From the NCBI GenBank assembly GCA_011170285.1, contig DUEE01000014.1, positions 42,024-106,023 on the forward strand: a stretch of DNA of 64,000 nucleotides. The letters run 5' to 3'. The DNA comes from Dehalococcoidia bacterium. GTDB lineage: Bacteria > Chloroflexota > Dehalococcoidia > Dehalococcoidales > W498. The notes under the pieces are model-generated. The model did no database searches and was not told the origin of the DNA. It worked only from the letters and a program-made list of their open reading frames with translations. Position 1 is the first letter of the stretch. The number at the start of each line of letters is the position of its first letter. Positions 10,208-18,943 of the stretch are shown piece after piece. The position numbers and the translations under genes were made by a program.

Positions 10208-10486
10208 TGTAGCAAACCATAGTCACAAGGGAACATAAATAAAGTAGAAGTAAGGCTATTACCTTCGTCCCATATCTACATTTAAAAGAACAAAATAAGA
10301 CAGCTGAACTACTGCCTGAAGTAAGGCAGCTATATAGGTGAGAGCCGCTGCCGACAGACCAGCGCGGCATAATCTAGGCTAGCATGAAGATTAGCGGTGG
10401 TACCATAAAAGCAGATACATCATAATGCCTATCTTTATTCACCGCCTTGCTGAAAACCAATTTATCATTTTAACATAAGACTTTAT

Positions 10487-11473
10487 TTAATTCAGAGGCA
10501 GTATCGCCCCGATAAACTGCCTCTGCCCTCTCAAGAACTCAGCCGATGATATAGCTCGCTTTCCCTCAATTTGAACCTTTAAAACGCCTAACATTCCATC
10601 TCCAGTACTGATGCCAAATGCAGCCTCTTCCCCTCCCCTGACTGGGGCCAGAGCTACCACCTGCCCTGGGTCAACTTTTCTTTCCTGAGGCAAAGGCACT
10701 GCCTCAATTATCTTAAGCTGCCTTCCCAGCCATCTGGTGTAGCCTCCCGGCCAGGGATGGAAGGAACGCACCTGCCGCCATATATCTATAGCCGGCAAAT
10801 ACCAGTCAATCTCACCTTCTTCCTTGGTGATTGGGCTACAATAGGTAGCTTCAGCTTCATTCTGAGGTTGATGGGCAAGCTCACCCCTTATCCAACAAGG
10901 TAAAACCTCCTGAAGCACCCTAGCTGCTACCTGAGAAAGCTTGGCGGTAAGTGAGCCAGTAGTATCAAGTGCCGAGATAGAAATCTGTGCCTTAGTTAAT
11001 ACAGGACCAGTATCTAAACCCGTGTCAATCACCATAATACTCACTCCAGTAAAATCATCACCGGCTAGAATGGCTGCCGCTACTGGTGAGGCACCTCTAA
11101 ATCTAGGCAGTAAAGACGGATGGATATTAATACACCCGTATTTGGGAATCTCTAGTACCGCCTGGGGTACAATTTGCCCAAACGCAGCCACCACTATAAT
11201 ATCGGGTTGGAAGCTAGTCATTTGATCTACCGCCTCAGCCCTCCTTAAACTAACCGGCTGTACCACTGGCAGCCTCCAAGTTATTGCTGCTTTTTTCACC
11301 GGACTATAAGTCAGGGAACGCCCCCTGCCCATCGGTTTATCAGGCTGAGTATAAACAGCCACCACTTGGTATTCATTAAGAATAAGGTGATCAAGACACG
11401 GGACAGCAAACTCAGGGGTGCCCATAAAAATAACTCGCAATTTAATCCTCCTTCCACTCAATTCTAACATCAA
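10487..11473 (-). CDS. fmt: methionyl-tRNA formyltransferase
   Basis: FMGTPEFA, TQPDKP, NIHPSLLPRFRGASP, LDTG; true start probably a few codons downstream. Confidence 0.95.
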   Translation of the reverse strand: MMLELSGRRIKLRVIFMGTPEFAVPCLDHLILNEYQVVAVYTQPDKPMGRGRSLTYSPVKKAAITWRLPVVQPVSLRRAEAVDQMTSFQPDIIVVAAFGQIVPQAVLEIPKYGCINIHPSLLPRFRGASPVAAAILAGDDFTGVSIMVIDTGLDTGPVLTKAQISISALDTTGSLTAKLSQVAARVLQEVLPCWIRGELAHQPQNEAEATYCSPITKEEGEIDWYLPAIDIWRQVRSFHPWPGGYTRWLGRQLKIIEAVPLPQERKVDPGQVVALAPVRGGEEAAFGISTGDGMLGVLKVQIEGKRAISSAEFLRGQRQFIGAILPLN

Positions 11474-11496
11474 AGATATTTGTTAACAATCAGCTC

Positions 11497-11787
11497 TTTT
11501 ATATCTACCAGGCAAATATTAAAGAAATAAACAAGCTTCACAGACCTAACAAGGGGAAACAGGAGCTAACAATGACCAGCAATTAACACCAAAAACCTTG
11601 CCAGCTAAAAAGCCAGCTGGTATTATTAAGGCAAAATATAGACAGTCGTCGATATAGGAAGATTTTTCTATGCCCCACCATTTTATATCTACGAGGCAAA
11701 TATTAAAGAAATAAACAAGACTGACAGACCTAACAAGGGGAAACAGGAGCTAACAATGACCAGCAATTAACACCAAAAACCTTGCCA
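11497..11787 (+). repeat. 107-bp direct repeat, two copies (11497-11603 and 11681-11787), upstream of dnaA
   Basis: TTTTATATCTAC..GGCAAATATTAAAGAAATAAACAAG...CACCAAAAACCTTGCCA occurs twice with only a few substitutions; period 184. Confidence 0.95.
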
Positions 11788-11939
11788 CTAAAGAAGCTCG
11801 GTATGATATGCTATTAGTATCTTTTCACAATCTCCCAACAAGCTTCGGCTAAATCTGCTATTGTTTCCAATAGTGTTGGCGAAATGGTAGCTCAGTTTTA
11901 TGATGGAGCTTAAAGACTTAACGATAAGGTGGAGGTTTA

Positions 11940-13274
11940 ATGAAAGTTGAGTCGGCGCAAGAAATTTGGGAAGCTGCCTTGGGTGAATTGCAAATCCAAG
12001 TCAGCAAGCCAAACTACCGGACATGGCTGGCAAAAACTGTAGGCTTAAGTTACCAAGATAATAAGTTAGTTGTTGGTGTGCCCAGCCCTTTTATCGCTGA
12101 ATACTTAGACAAGAACCAGCGCTCCTTAATTGAAAAAACACTCATCGGTCTTACTCATCATGACGCCAATATAATTTTCCAAGTTGATGGGAGGTATCAA
12201 AATTCAGGAAGTAGTAATGGTGAGAGAGGAAATATCTCCTTTACCACAACACAAACCCCCAATTTCAATTCAAAATATACCTTCGATTCCTTCGTTGTCG
12301 GTAGCTCTAATTGCCTAGCTCACGCTGCTGCGCTGGAAGTATCCCGAAACCCTGGTGGTACCCATAATCCGTTATTCATACATGGCGGGGTAGGATTAGG
12401 TAAGACACATCTACTGCAAGCTATTGGTCATGCCGCTCTTGCTAGCCATATCCGGGTGCTGTATGTTAGTACCGAACAATTTACCAACGAGTTTATAAAT
12501 GCTATTCAAGAGAGGAAAACCAGAGAATTCCGACACAAATATAGAAGTGTTAATATATTGTTAATTGATGATATCAACTTTATCGCCGGTAAAGGGCAGA
12601 CAGAGGAAAGCTTTTTCCACACTTTTGACGAGCTACATAACGCTAATCGCCAGATTGTTATTACTAACCATTGTCCTCCTGAATCTATACCTTTGTTACA
12701 AGAACGGTTACGCTCCCGCCTCGAATGGGGATTAGTTACTGGTATTCAACCGCCTGATTTTAAGACACGCATAGCTATTCTACAGGCCAAAGCCAAAGAT
12801 AAAGGGTTAAATGTTACTCTAGATGTACTAGGGCTTATTGCACAACGAGCTCATCGAAATGTAAGAGAGCTGGAAGGTTACCTCAACCGGGTTATTGCTT
12901 ATGCCAAGCTGGTTAGAGCTTCAGTTAACTCTGAACTAGCCACTAAAGCACTTGAGGATATAACCAGTAAGAATACCAAACATCCTGCTATCACCCTTAC
13001 TTTAATAATGGAAGCAGTAGCTGAAAGCTTCCAATTAAGTCCTTCGGACTTAAAAAGCGGGAGGAGAGATAGGAAAACTGCTCTAGCCCGACAGGTAGCA
13101 ATGTATCTTATTAGACAGGAAACAAACTGCCCACTAGCTCAAATTGGCAAAGAGCTGGGGAATAGAGACCATTCCACCGTTATCCACGCTTATAAAAAAA
13201 TAGAAAGTCATATTAATACCAACTCTGACTTGAAACGCCAAATTTTGGATATTCAACGAAGTATAGAATCTTAA
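11940..13274 (+). CDS. dnaA: chromosomal replication initiator DnaA
   Basis: YTFDSFVVG, GGVGLGKTHL, LLIDDI, RLRSRL, NVRELEG, domain IV RDHSTVIHA. Confidence 0.97.
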   Translation: MKVESAQEIWEAALGELQIQVSKPNYRTWLAKTVGLSYQDNKLVVGVPSPFIAEYLDKNQRSLIEKTLIGLTHHDANIIFQVDGRYQNSGSSNGERGNISFTTTQTPNFNSKYTFDSFVVGSSNCLAHAAALEVSRNPGGTHNPLFIHGGVGLGKTHLLQAIGHAALASHIRVLYVSTEQFTNEFINAIQERKTREFRHKYRSVNILLIDDINFIAGKGQTEESFFHTFDELHNANRQIVITNHCPPESIPLLQERLRSRLEWGLVTGIQPPDFKTRIAILQAKAKDKGLNVTLDVLGLIAQRAHRNVRELEGYLNRVIAYAKLVRASVNSELATKALEDITSKNTKHPAITLTLIMEAVAESFQLSPSDLKSGRRDRKTALARQVAMYLIRQETNCPLAQIGKELGNRDHSTVIHAYKKIESHINTNSDLKRQILDIQRSIES

Positions 13275-13518
13275 CTTAAGGCTGTGAGTTACTAATTAAC
13301 TTTCTCCACACTATAATAACACTCTACAAAAAATCAAAGTAGCTACCAATTGTGAATAAATCCCGAGTACTGTTAGTAATTTCATCAAAGAACGCCTTCC
13401 AAAATATTATCCAAACAGGATTTCACCTACTCTTAACAAGTAGTATTATTAATATTACTACTAGTATAATTGTAATTGATTAATAAGAGCAGAACTATAA
13501 TAAAGGTGTTAATACATA
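13275..13518. other. probable oriC
   Basis: DnaA boxes TTCTCCACA 13302-13310, TGTGAATAA 13351-13359, TTATCCAAA 13407-13415; AT-rich TAN-triplet run 13441-13467; dominant gene orientation flips here. Confidence 0.7.
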
Positions 13519-14787
13519 ATGTTTGATAGAGTTGGAATTGTAGTGAAGGCAGGGGATGGGGGAAATGGAGTGGTGAGCTTCCGGCGGGAGAAGTTTATTC
13601 CTTTTGGGGGGCCTGATGGTGGAGACGGTGGGAATGGCGGAGATGTAGTAATTATAGCTGATTCTAGTGTTACCGATCTCAGTATATTCAAGCAGAAGGG
13701 GTTTTATAAAGCAGGTAATGGTAAGAATGGCAAGAGCAAAAAGAGGCATGGGAAGAAAGGGGAAAATCTAATATTAGCCGTTCCAGTGGGCACCGTGGTC
13801 TCGTATGAGACGCAAATAGCCGCTAATGCTACAGTAGCTGATTTAGAACAGCCTGGTCAGAAGGTAGTAATGGCTGATGGTGGTAAAGGGGGATTGGGTA
13901 ATACCCATTTTAGTTCGTCGACTAATCAAGCCCCACAGATTGCTCAAGAGGGAGAGGTTGTGGGGGTGAATCGAATAATATTGGAGATGAGGCTTATTGC
14001 TGATGTAGGTATTATCGGTTATCCCAATGTGGGTAAGTCTACCCTATTGGCTACTGTTTCAGCAGCCAAACCTAAAATTGCTAACTATCCATTTACCACC
14101 CGTGAGCCTATCTTGGGTGTGGCTTATATGGGACAGCGGAGCTTTGTATTGGCTGAGATTCCTGGGTTAATTGATGGCGCGCACCTTGGTCGGGGTTTGG
14201 GATATGATTTTCTGCGTCATATTATTCGTACTAAAATAATTGTTCACTTGATAGATGGTAAATCGGTATCTCCGGCTGACGATATGGTACAGCTAAACTC
14301 GGAGCTGAGCTTATTTGATTCGGCTCTGGCTAAGAAGCCGCAGCTTGTGGTAGTAAATAAGATTGATTTGCCCCAGGTCCAGACTCAGTTAGATGAGATA
14401 AAGGAGGCTTTTAATAGTGCTGGAACCACTGTCCTGTTTATTTCCGCAGCTACCTCGGAGGGTGTTTCTGATCTTGTGGCTGAAATTATGAAGATGCTGG
14501 AGCAGGTTAGTGCTGAGAAAGAAGCTGGAGAGAGAATGCCCAGGAAGGTTTTCCGTCCTCAGCCGAGGAGGATTGAAATCAGTGTACATAAGGAAGGGAA
14601 TACTTTTATGGTGGTGGCGCCTGAAGTGCAGCGCATTGTAGCCAGAACAGATGTAACTAGCTCTGAAGTACAGCGGCAACTTAACAGGCAGTTCCAAAGG
14701 CTAGGGGTGAGAAAGGCTTTGGAGAAGGCTGGGGCTAAGCCGGGCGATAGAGTGCGTTGTGGGAATTTAGAGTGGGAGTGGTATTAG
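13519..14787 (+). CDS. obgE: GTPase ObgE/CgtA with C-terminal OCT domain
   Basis: Gly-rich Obg fold SFRREKFIPFGGPDGGDGG, G1 GYPNVGKS, G2 YPFTT, G4 NKID. Confidence 0.96.
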   Translation: MFDRVGIVVKAGDGGNGVVSFRREKFIPFGGPDGGDGGNGGDVVIIADSSVTDLSIFKQKGFYKAGNGKNGKSKKRHGKKGENLILAVPVGTVVSYETQIAANATVADLEQPGQKVVMADGGKGGLGNTHFSSSTNQAPQIAQEGEVVGVNRIILEMRLIADVGIIGYPNVGKSTLLATVSAAKPKIANYPFTTREPILGVAYMGQRSFVLAEIPGLIDGAHLGRGLGYDFLRHIIRTKIIVHLIDGKSVSPADDMVQLNSELSLFDSALAKKPQLVVVNKIDLPQVQTQLDEIKEAFNSAGTTVLFISAATSEGVSDLVAEIMKMLEQVSAEKEAGERMPRKVFRPQPRRIEISVHKEGNTFMVVAPEVQRIVARTDVTSSEVQRQLNRQFQRLGVRKALEKAGAKPGDRVRCGNLEWEWY

Positions 14788-14788
14788 C

Positions 14789-15388
14789 ATGAATATAGGG
14801 GTGATGGGAGGTACTTTTGACCCGGTTCACAAGGGGCACCTTATTGTAGCTGAGGAGGTAAGAGTCCAGCTAAACTTGGCTGAGGTTCTATTTGTACCGG
14901 CTGGTCAACCGTGGCTAAAGGCGAATAGTCCTATTACTGATGCTGAGCACCGTATACAAATGGTGCGCCTTGCCATTTCTGATAAACCTTACTTCAAACT
15001 GTCCACTATGGAGATAGAGCGAGCCGGTCCATCATATACTGTCGACACCATTACAGAATTACAAGGTCAGCTTGGACTTGGGGATAATCTATTTTTTATT
15101 CTAGGTTGGGAGAATGTAGCCGAGTTACCTCAGTGGCGCGAGCCATCTCGGCTGATAAAAATGTGTTACCTGGTGGCAGTCCCTCGACCCGGCTATCCAG
15201 CTCCTGACCTTAACTCTCTGGAAGGGGATATCCCTGGGTTGTCTCAAAGCGTTATCCTGATTGACACACCAAAAATAGATATAAGTGCCTCAGCAATCAG
15301 AAACCAAGTTGCCCAGGGTCTATCTATTACTCACCTCGTCCCCGAGGCGGTGGAGAGATACATCAATCGGCATAAATTATATCACTGA
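14789..15388 (+). CDS. nadD: nicotinate-nucleotide adenylyltransferase
   Basis: GGTFDPVHKGH, SYTVDT, ISASAIR. Confidence 0.95.
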   Translation: MNIGVMGGTFDPVHKGHLIVAEEVRVQLNLAEVLFVPAGQPWLKANSPITDAEHRIQMVRLAISDKPYFKLSTMEIERAGPSYTVDTITELQGQLGLGDNLFFILGWENVAELPQWREPSRLIKMCYLVAVPRPGYPAPDLNSLEGDIPGLSQSVILIDTPKIDISASAIRNQVAQGLSITHLVPEAVERYINRHKLYH

Positions 15389-15418
15389 ACAGACTAACTA
15401 GAACTTAAGGGTTAGGTA

Positions 15419-17350
15419 TTAAATATCCAGGTTTCTGACATTTTTGGCGTGGGCCTGGATGAAGGATTTGCGGGGTGGGACCTCGTTACCCATTAGCATG
15501 TGAAATATATGGTCAGCATTGGCAGCATCACCTACACTTACTGAAAGAAGGGTGCGGCTGGCTGGATTCATAGTGGTTTCCCACAGTTGCTCAGCACTCA
15601 TTTCTCCCAGTCCCTTGTAGCGCTGAATCTCTACCTTTTTAGCCTCTTTTAGCTTGCGCATTACTTCTTGCTTTTCCTCTTCCGAGTAAACCCAGTGCTG
15701 GAGCTTGGGGGTTCTAACACTGTATAGGGGTGGCTGGGCAATAAAAAGGTGACCATGGTTAATTAGCGTCACCATGTGTCGGAAGAAGAAGGTCAGCAGT
15801 AGGGTGCGGATGTGAGAGCCATCAACATCAGCGTCCGTCATAAGGATAACCCGATGATACCGTAGCTTTGATAGGTCCAACTCATCATCTATGCCGGCTC
15901 CCAGAGCAGTAATGATGGCGCGGATTTCTTGGTGAGACAGCGTCTTATCTGGGGGGGCTTTTTCAACATTGAGGATTTTACCCCGCAATGGTAGGATGGC
16001 CTGAAAGCGACGATTCCGTCCCTGTTTGGCTGAGCCACCGGCTGATGGTCCCTCCACTAGATATAGTTCACAGTGGGACGGCTCTTTCTCTGAGCAGTCA
16101 GCCAGTATCCCGGGCAGAGTGCTTGCATCCAGGCTACTCCTTTTTATTATTAAATCACGAGCCTTTCGCGCTGCTTCTCTGGCTTTGGCGGCAGTAAGAC
16201 ACTTTTCTATGATTTTTCTGGCGTCATCGGGATGCTCTTCAAGGTAAAGGGATAAACCTTCACTCACCACGCTTTCCACTTCGCTTTTAACTTCAGGGTT
16301 GCCCAGCTTAGCTTTGGTCTGTCCCTCAAATTGTGGCTCGGAAAGCTTGACACTAATAATGGCAGTAAGCCCCTCTCTAACATCATCTCCTACTAGGTTA
16401 GACTCATCCTCTTTGAGAAGGTTATTTTTATGGGCATAGTCATTAAGAACTCTGGTTAATGCTGAACGGAAGCCAGTAAGGTGAGTGCCTCCATCTATAG
16501 TATTAACGCAGTTAGCAAAGCTAAAAGTGGATTCGGTAAAGCCTTCATTATACTGAAGGGCTGCCTCGACTATGGTGCTGTTTACCATTTTAGAGATATA
16601 AATAGGCTGGGGATGGCGGACTATCCGGCTACGGTTAAGGTGTCGAACAAAGCTACTAATTCCACCCTCAAAGTAGAAAGTCTTCTCGCTATCCTTTGTT
16701 TCATCCTTGAGACATATTTCCAGTTCCTTATTCAGGTAAGCCATCTCTCGCAGACGCTCGATTAGAGCGTCAAAATCATAGTTGACCTTACTGAATATCC
16801 CTTCATCGGCAAGAAAGGTGACACTAGTGCCAGTATCACTGGCTTGACCAATCTCGATAACTTCTCCTTGGGGTATGCCTTGCCTGTATTCCTGTTGATA
16901 TAGCTTGCCATCACGTCTGACATTAACCCTGAGCCAAGAGGAAAGAGCATTTACTACTGAGGCACCTACTCCGTGCAATCCGCCTGATACTTGATAGATG
17001 TGACCGCCGAATTTCGCCCCGGCGTGCAGTGTAGTCATTACTGTCTCCAGGGCTGATAGATTGGTAGCCGGGTGAATGTCTAACGGAATACCGCGTCCGT
17101 TATCTTCAACTCTAACGGCGCCATCTTTTTGGATGGTGACTACAATTTTAGTACAGCACCCAGCCATGGCTTCGTCAATACTGTTGTAGACGATTTCATA
17201 TAACAGATGATGCAGTCCGCGTTGGTCAGTACTGCCAATATACATACCAGGGCGGCGGCGTATCGCTTCCCGCCCGCCCAGGACCTGAATGTCCTCGGCG
17301 GTATACTCATTATTCAAAGGCTCAGTTAGAGAAGTCGTATCCTGTGTCAT
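15419..17350 (-). CDS. gyrB: DNA gyrase subunit B
   Basis: [53 protein letters not shown]; ATG at 17350 after AAGGAG. Confidence 0.97.
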   Translation of the reverse strand: MTQDTTSLTEPLNNEYTAEDIQVLGGREAIRRRPGMYIGSTDQRGLHHLLYEIVYNSIDEAMAGCCTKIVVTIQKDGAVRVEDNGRGIPLDIHPATNLSALETVMTTLHAGAKFGGHIYQVSGGLHGVGASVVNALSSWLRVNVRRDGKLYQQEYRQGIPQGEVIEIGQASDTGTSVTFLADEGIFSKVNYDFDALIERLREMAYLNKELEICLKDETKDSEKTFYFEGGISSFVRHLNRSRIVRHPQPIYISKMVNSTIVEAALQYNEGFTESTFSFANCVNTIDGGTHLTGFRSALTRVLNDYAHKNNLLKEDESNLVGDDVREGLTAIISVKLSEPQFEGQTKAKLGNPEVKSEVESVVSEGLSLYLEEHPDDARKIIEKCLTAAKAREAARKARDLIIKRSSLDASTLPGILADCSEKEPSHCELYLVEGPSAGGSAKQGRNRRFQAILPLRGKILNVEKAPPDKTLSHQEIRAIITALGAGIDDELDLSKLRYHRVILMTDADVDGSHIRTLLLTFFFRHMVTLINHGHLFIAQPPLYSVRTPKLQHWVYSEEEKQEVMRKLKEAKKVEIQRYKGLGEMSAEQLWETTMNPASRTLLSVSVGDAANADHIFHMLMGNEVPPRKSFIQAHAKNVRNLDI

Positions 17351-17577
17351 AGCTAGTCGTTGCTCCTTTACTAGTAGTGAGGACAAAAAGAGAACAGCAA
17401 ATTAGGATTCTGGATAGATATGGAGAGACGAGAGTAGCTTCTAACTTTAATAGAAGAGGCTAGGTGATTGTATGCAGTTAGTAAAGCTAACGAAACGGTC
17501 ATTTATTGTTATTATAGCACAATGCAGATATAAGGTGAAGCTGTGACATCTGGTATGGAGTTGAATATGGCTCAAAC

Positions 17578-18825
17578 TTACTTAAGTAGCCCTTGTAGTT
17601 GGTTAATGAGGATGGTTTTTTGTTGGGCAGTGGTCATATCCCGCAGTATTACCGTGCCCGCCTTTATCTCTTCGTCGCCAATAATTACGGTGTGATGGAC
17701 ACCTAAGGTATTTGCCTGTCTCAATTGAGCTTTCAAGCTCTTTGAACCTATAGCTTCTATTACCCCGATACCGTTCTTTCTAAGCGTGGATGCTAACTTT
17801 ACCGTCTCGTCCTTGGCTTCATCACCCACATTGGCAATAAAAACCCGTGGTCTGGGTAGAGCCGGGACGGGGATATTCTGCCTCTTTAGGTTGAGTATTA
17901 TTCGTTCTATGCCAGAGGCGAAGCCAATAGCCGGGGTAGGTTTACCACCCAGTTCCTCAATCAGGTCATCATACCGTCCGCCACCACCGAGAGTGCTCTG
18001 CGCGCCTTCTGCCTCAGGCTGAATCTCAAATACTGTTCTGGTGTAGTAGTCAAGCCCTCTAACTAGGCAGTGATTTACTATGAAGGGAAGTTCAAGCAGT
18101 TCCAGGTATCTTTTCAATTTATTGAAGTGGGTATCACATTGTTGACAAAGGTAGTCAATGCTTCGGGGAGCAGAGTTAGCTATTTGCTGGCATAATGGCT
18201 TTTTGCAGTCAAGCAGGCGAAGCGGATTTCTCTTTAGCCTGGTTTTGCAGTCTGAGCACAGGTCACGGGTGTAGTTGGCGTAGTAATCCTTCAGGACGGT
18301 TAAATATCCTGGTCGACACTTTTTACAACCGATGCTATTGAGCTGGAGTGAGAGGAGATGCAGACCCAGAGCGAGGAAGAATTGCCATGCCGTATCAATG
18401 ACTTCGGCATCAAGGGCAGGGTCGTCATCACCGATAGCCTCATAACCAAACTGATAGTGTTGGCGGTATCTCCCTGACTGGGGTCTTTCGTATCTAAAAA
18501 TTGAAGTAATATAATACAGTTTTACCGGTTGTGGCAAACTGTGCAGCCCATGTTCCAGATAGGCTCGGCATATCGGGGCTGTGCCCTCAGGTCTCAGGGT
18601 TATCTGATTGCCGCCCCTGTCCTGGAAGGTATACATTTGCTTTTCTACAATGTCAGTTCCTTCGCCCACGCTGCGAGAGAAGAGCTGCGTATCCTCAAAG
18701 GCTGGGGCATCAAGACGCTCATAGCCATAAAGTTGACATATATTAGCCACTTCTTGCTCTATATAGCGCCAATATGCTTGTTCTTTGGGTAGAATATCTG
18801 AGGTTCCTCGCGGTACCCGATACAT
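17578..18825 (-). CDS. hisS: histidyl-tRNA synthetase
   Basis: LRPEGTA, FRYERPQSGRYRQH, LVRGLDYY, GGGRYD. Confidence 0.97.
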   Translation of the reverse strand: MYRVPRGTSDILPKEQAYWRYIEQEVANICQLYGYERLDAPAFEDTQLFSRSVGEGTDIVEKQMYTFQDRGGNQITLRPEGTAPICRAYLEHGLHSLPQPVKLYYITSIFRYERPQSGRYRQHYQFGYEAIGDDDPALDAEVIDTAWQFFLALGLHLLSLQLNSIGCKKCRPGYLTVLKDYYANYTRDLCSDCKTRLKRNPLRLLDCKKPLCQQIANSAPRSIDYLCQQCDTHFNKLKRYLELLELPFIVNHCLVRGLDYYTRTVFEIQPEAEGAQSTLGGGGRYDDLIEELGGKPTPAIGFASGIERIILNLKRQNIPVPALPRPRVFIANVGDEAKDETVKLASTLRKNGIGVIEAIGSKSLKAQLRQANTLGVHHTVIIGDEEIKAGTVILRDMTTAQQKTILINQLQGLLK

Positions 18826-18908
18826 ACTAACTTTCCCCTTTATTTTCTCTGTGCTTTTTAAGCTAGAATACAGTATTAGCGCTAGGGTTGTAAAGGTGAA
18901 ACTAGATT

Positions 18909-18937
18909 TTGCACAAGTGACCCTGTTGCGTTATACT
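18909..18937 (+). promoter_or_regulatory. sigma70 promoter of rel (probably leaderless transcript)
   Basis: TTGCAC-N17-TATACT ending 6 nt before ATG 18944; no SD. Confidence 0.65.
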
Positions 18938-18943
18938 TGAAAT

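Noticed and set aside
10374-10376. TAG read-through or pyrrolysine recoding
   Set aside because: TAG ends many core genes here (e.g. lysC, rpsJ, recA) and prfA is intact.
11497-11787. CRISPR array or IS terminal repeats
   Set aside because: Only two long direct copies, with no 25-40 bp repeat-spacer periodicity, cas gene or transposase.
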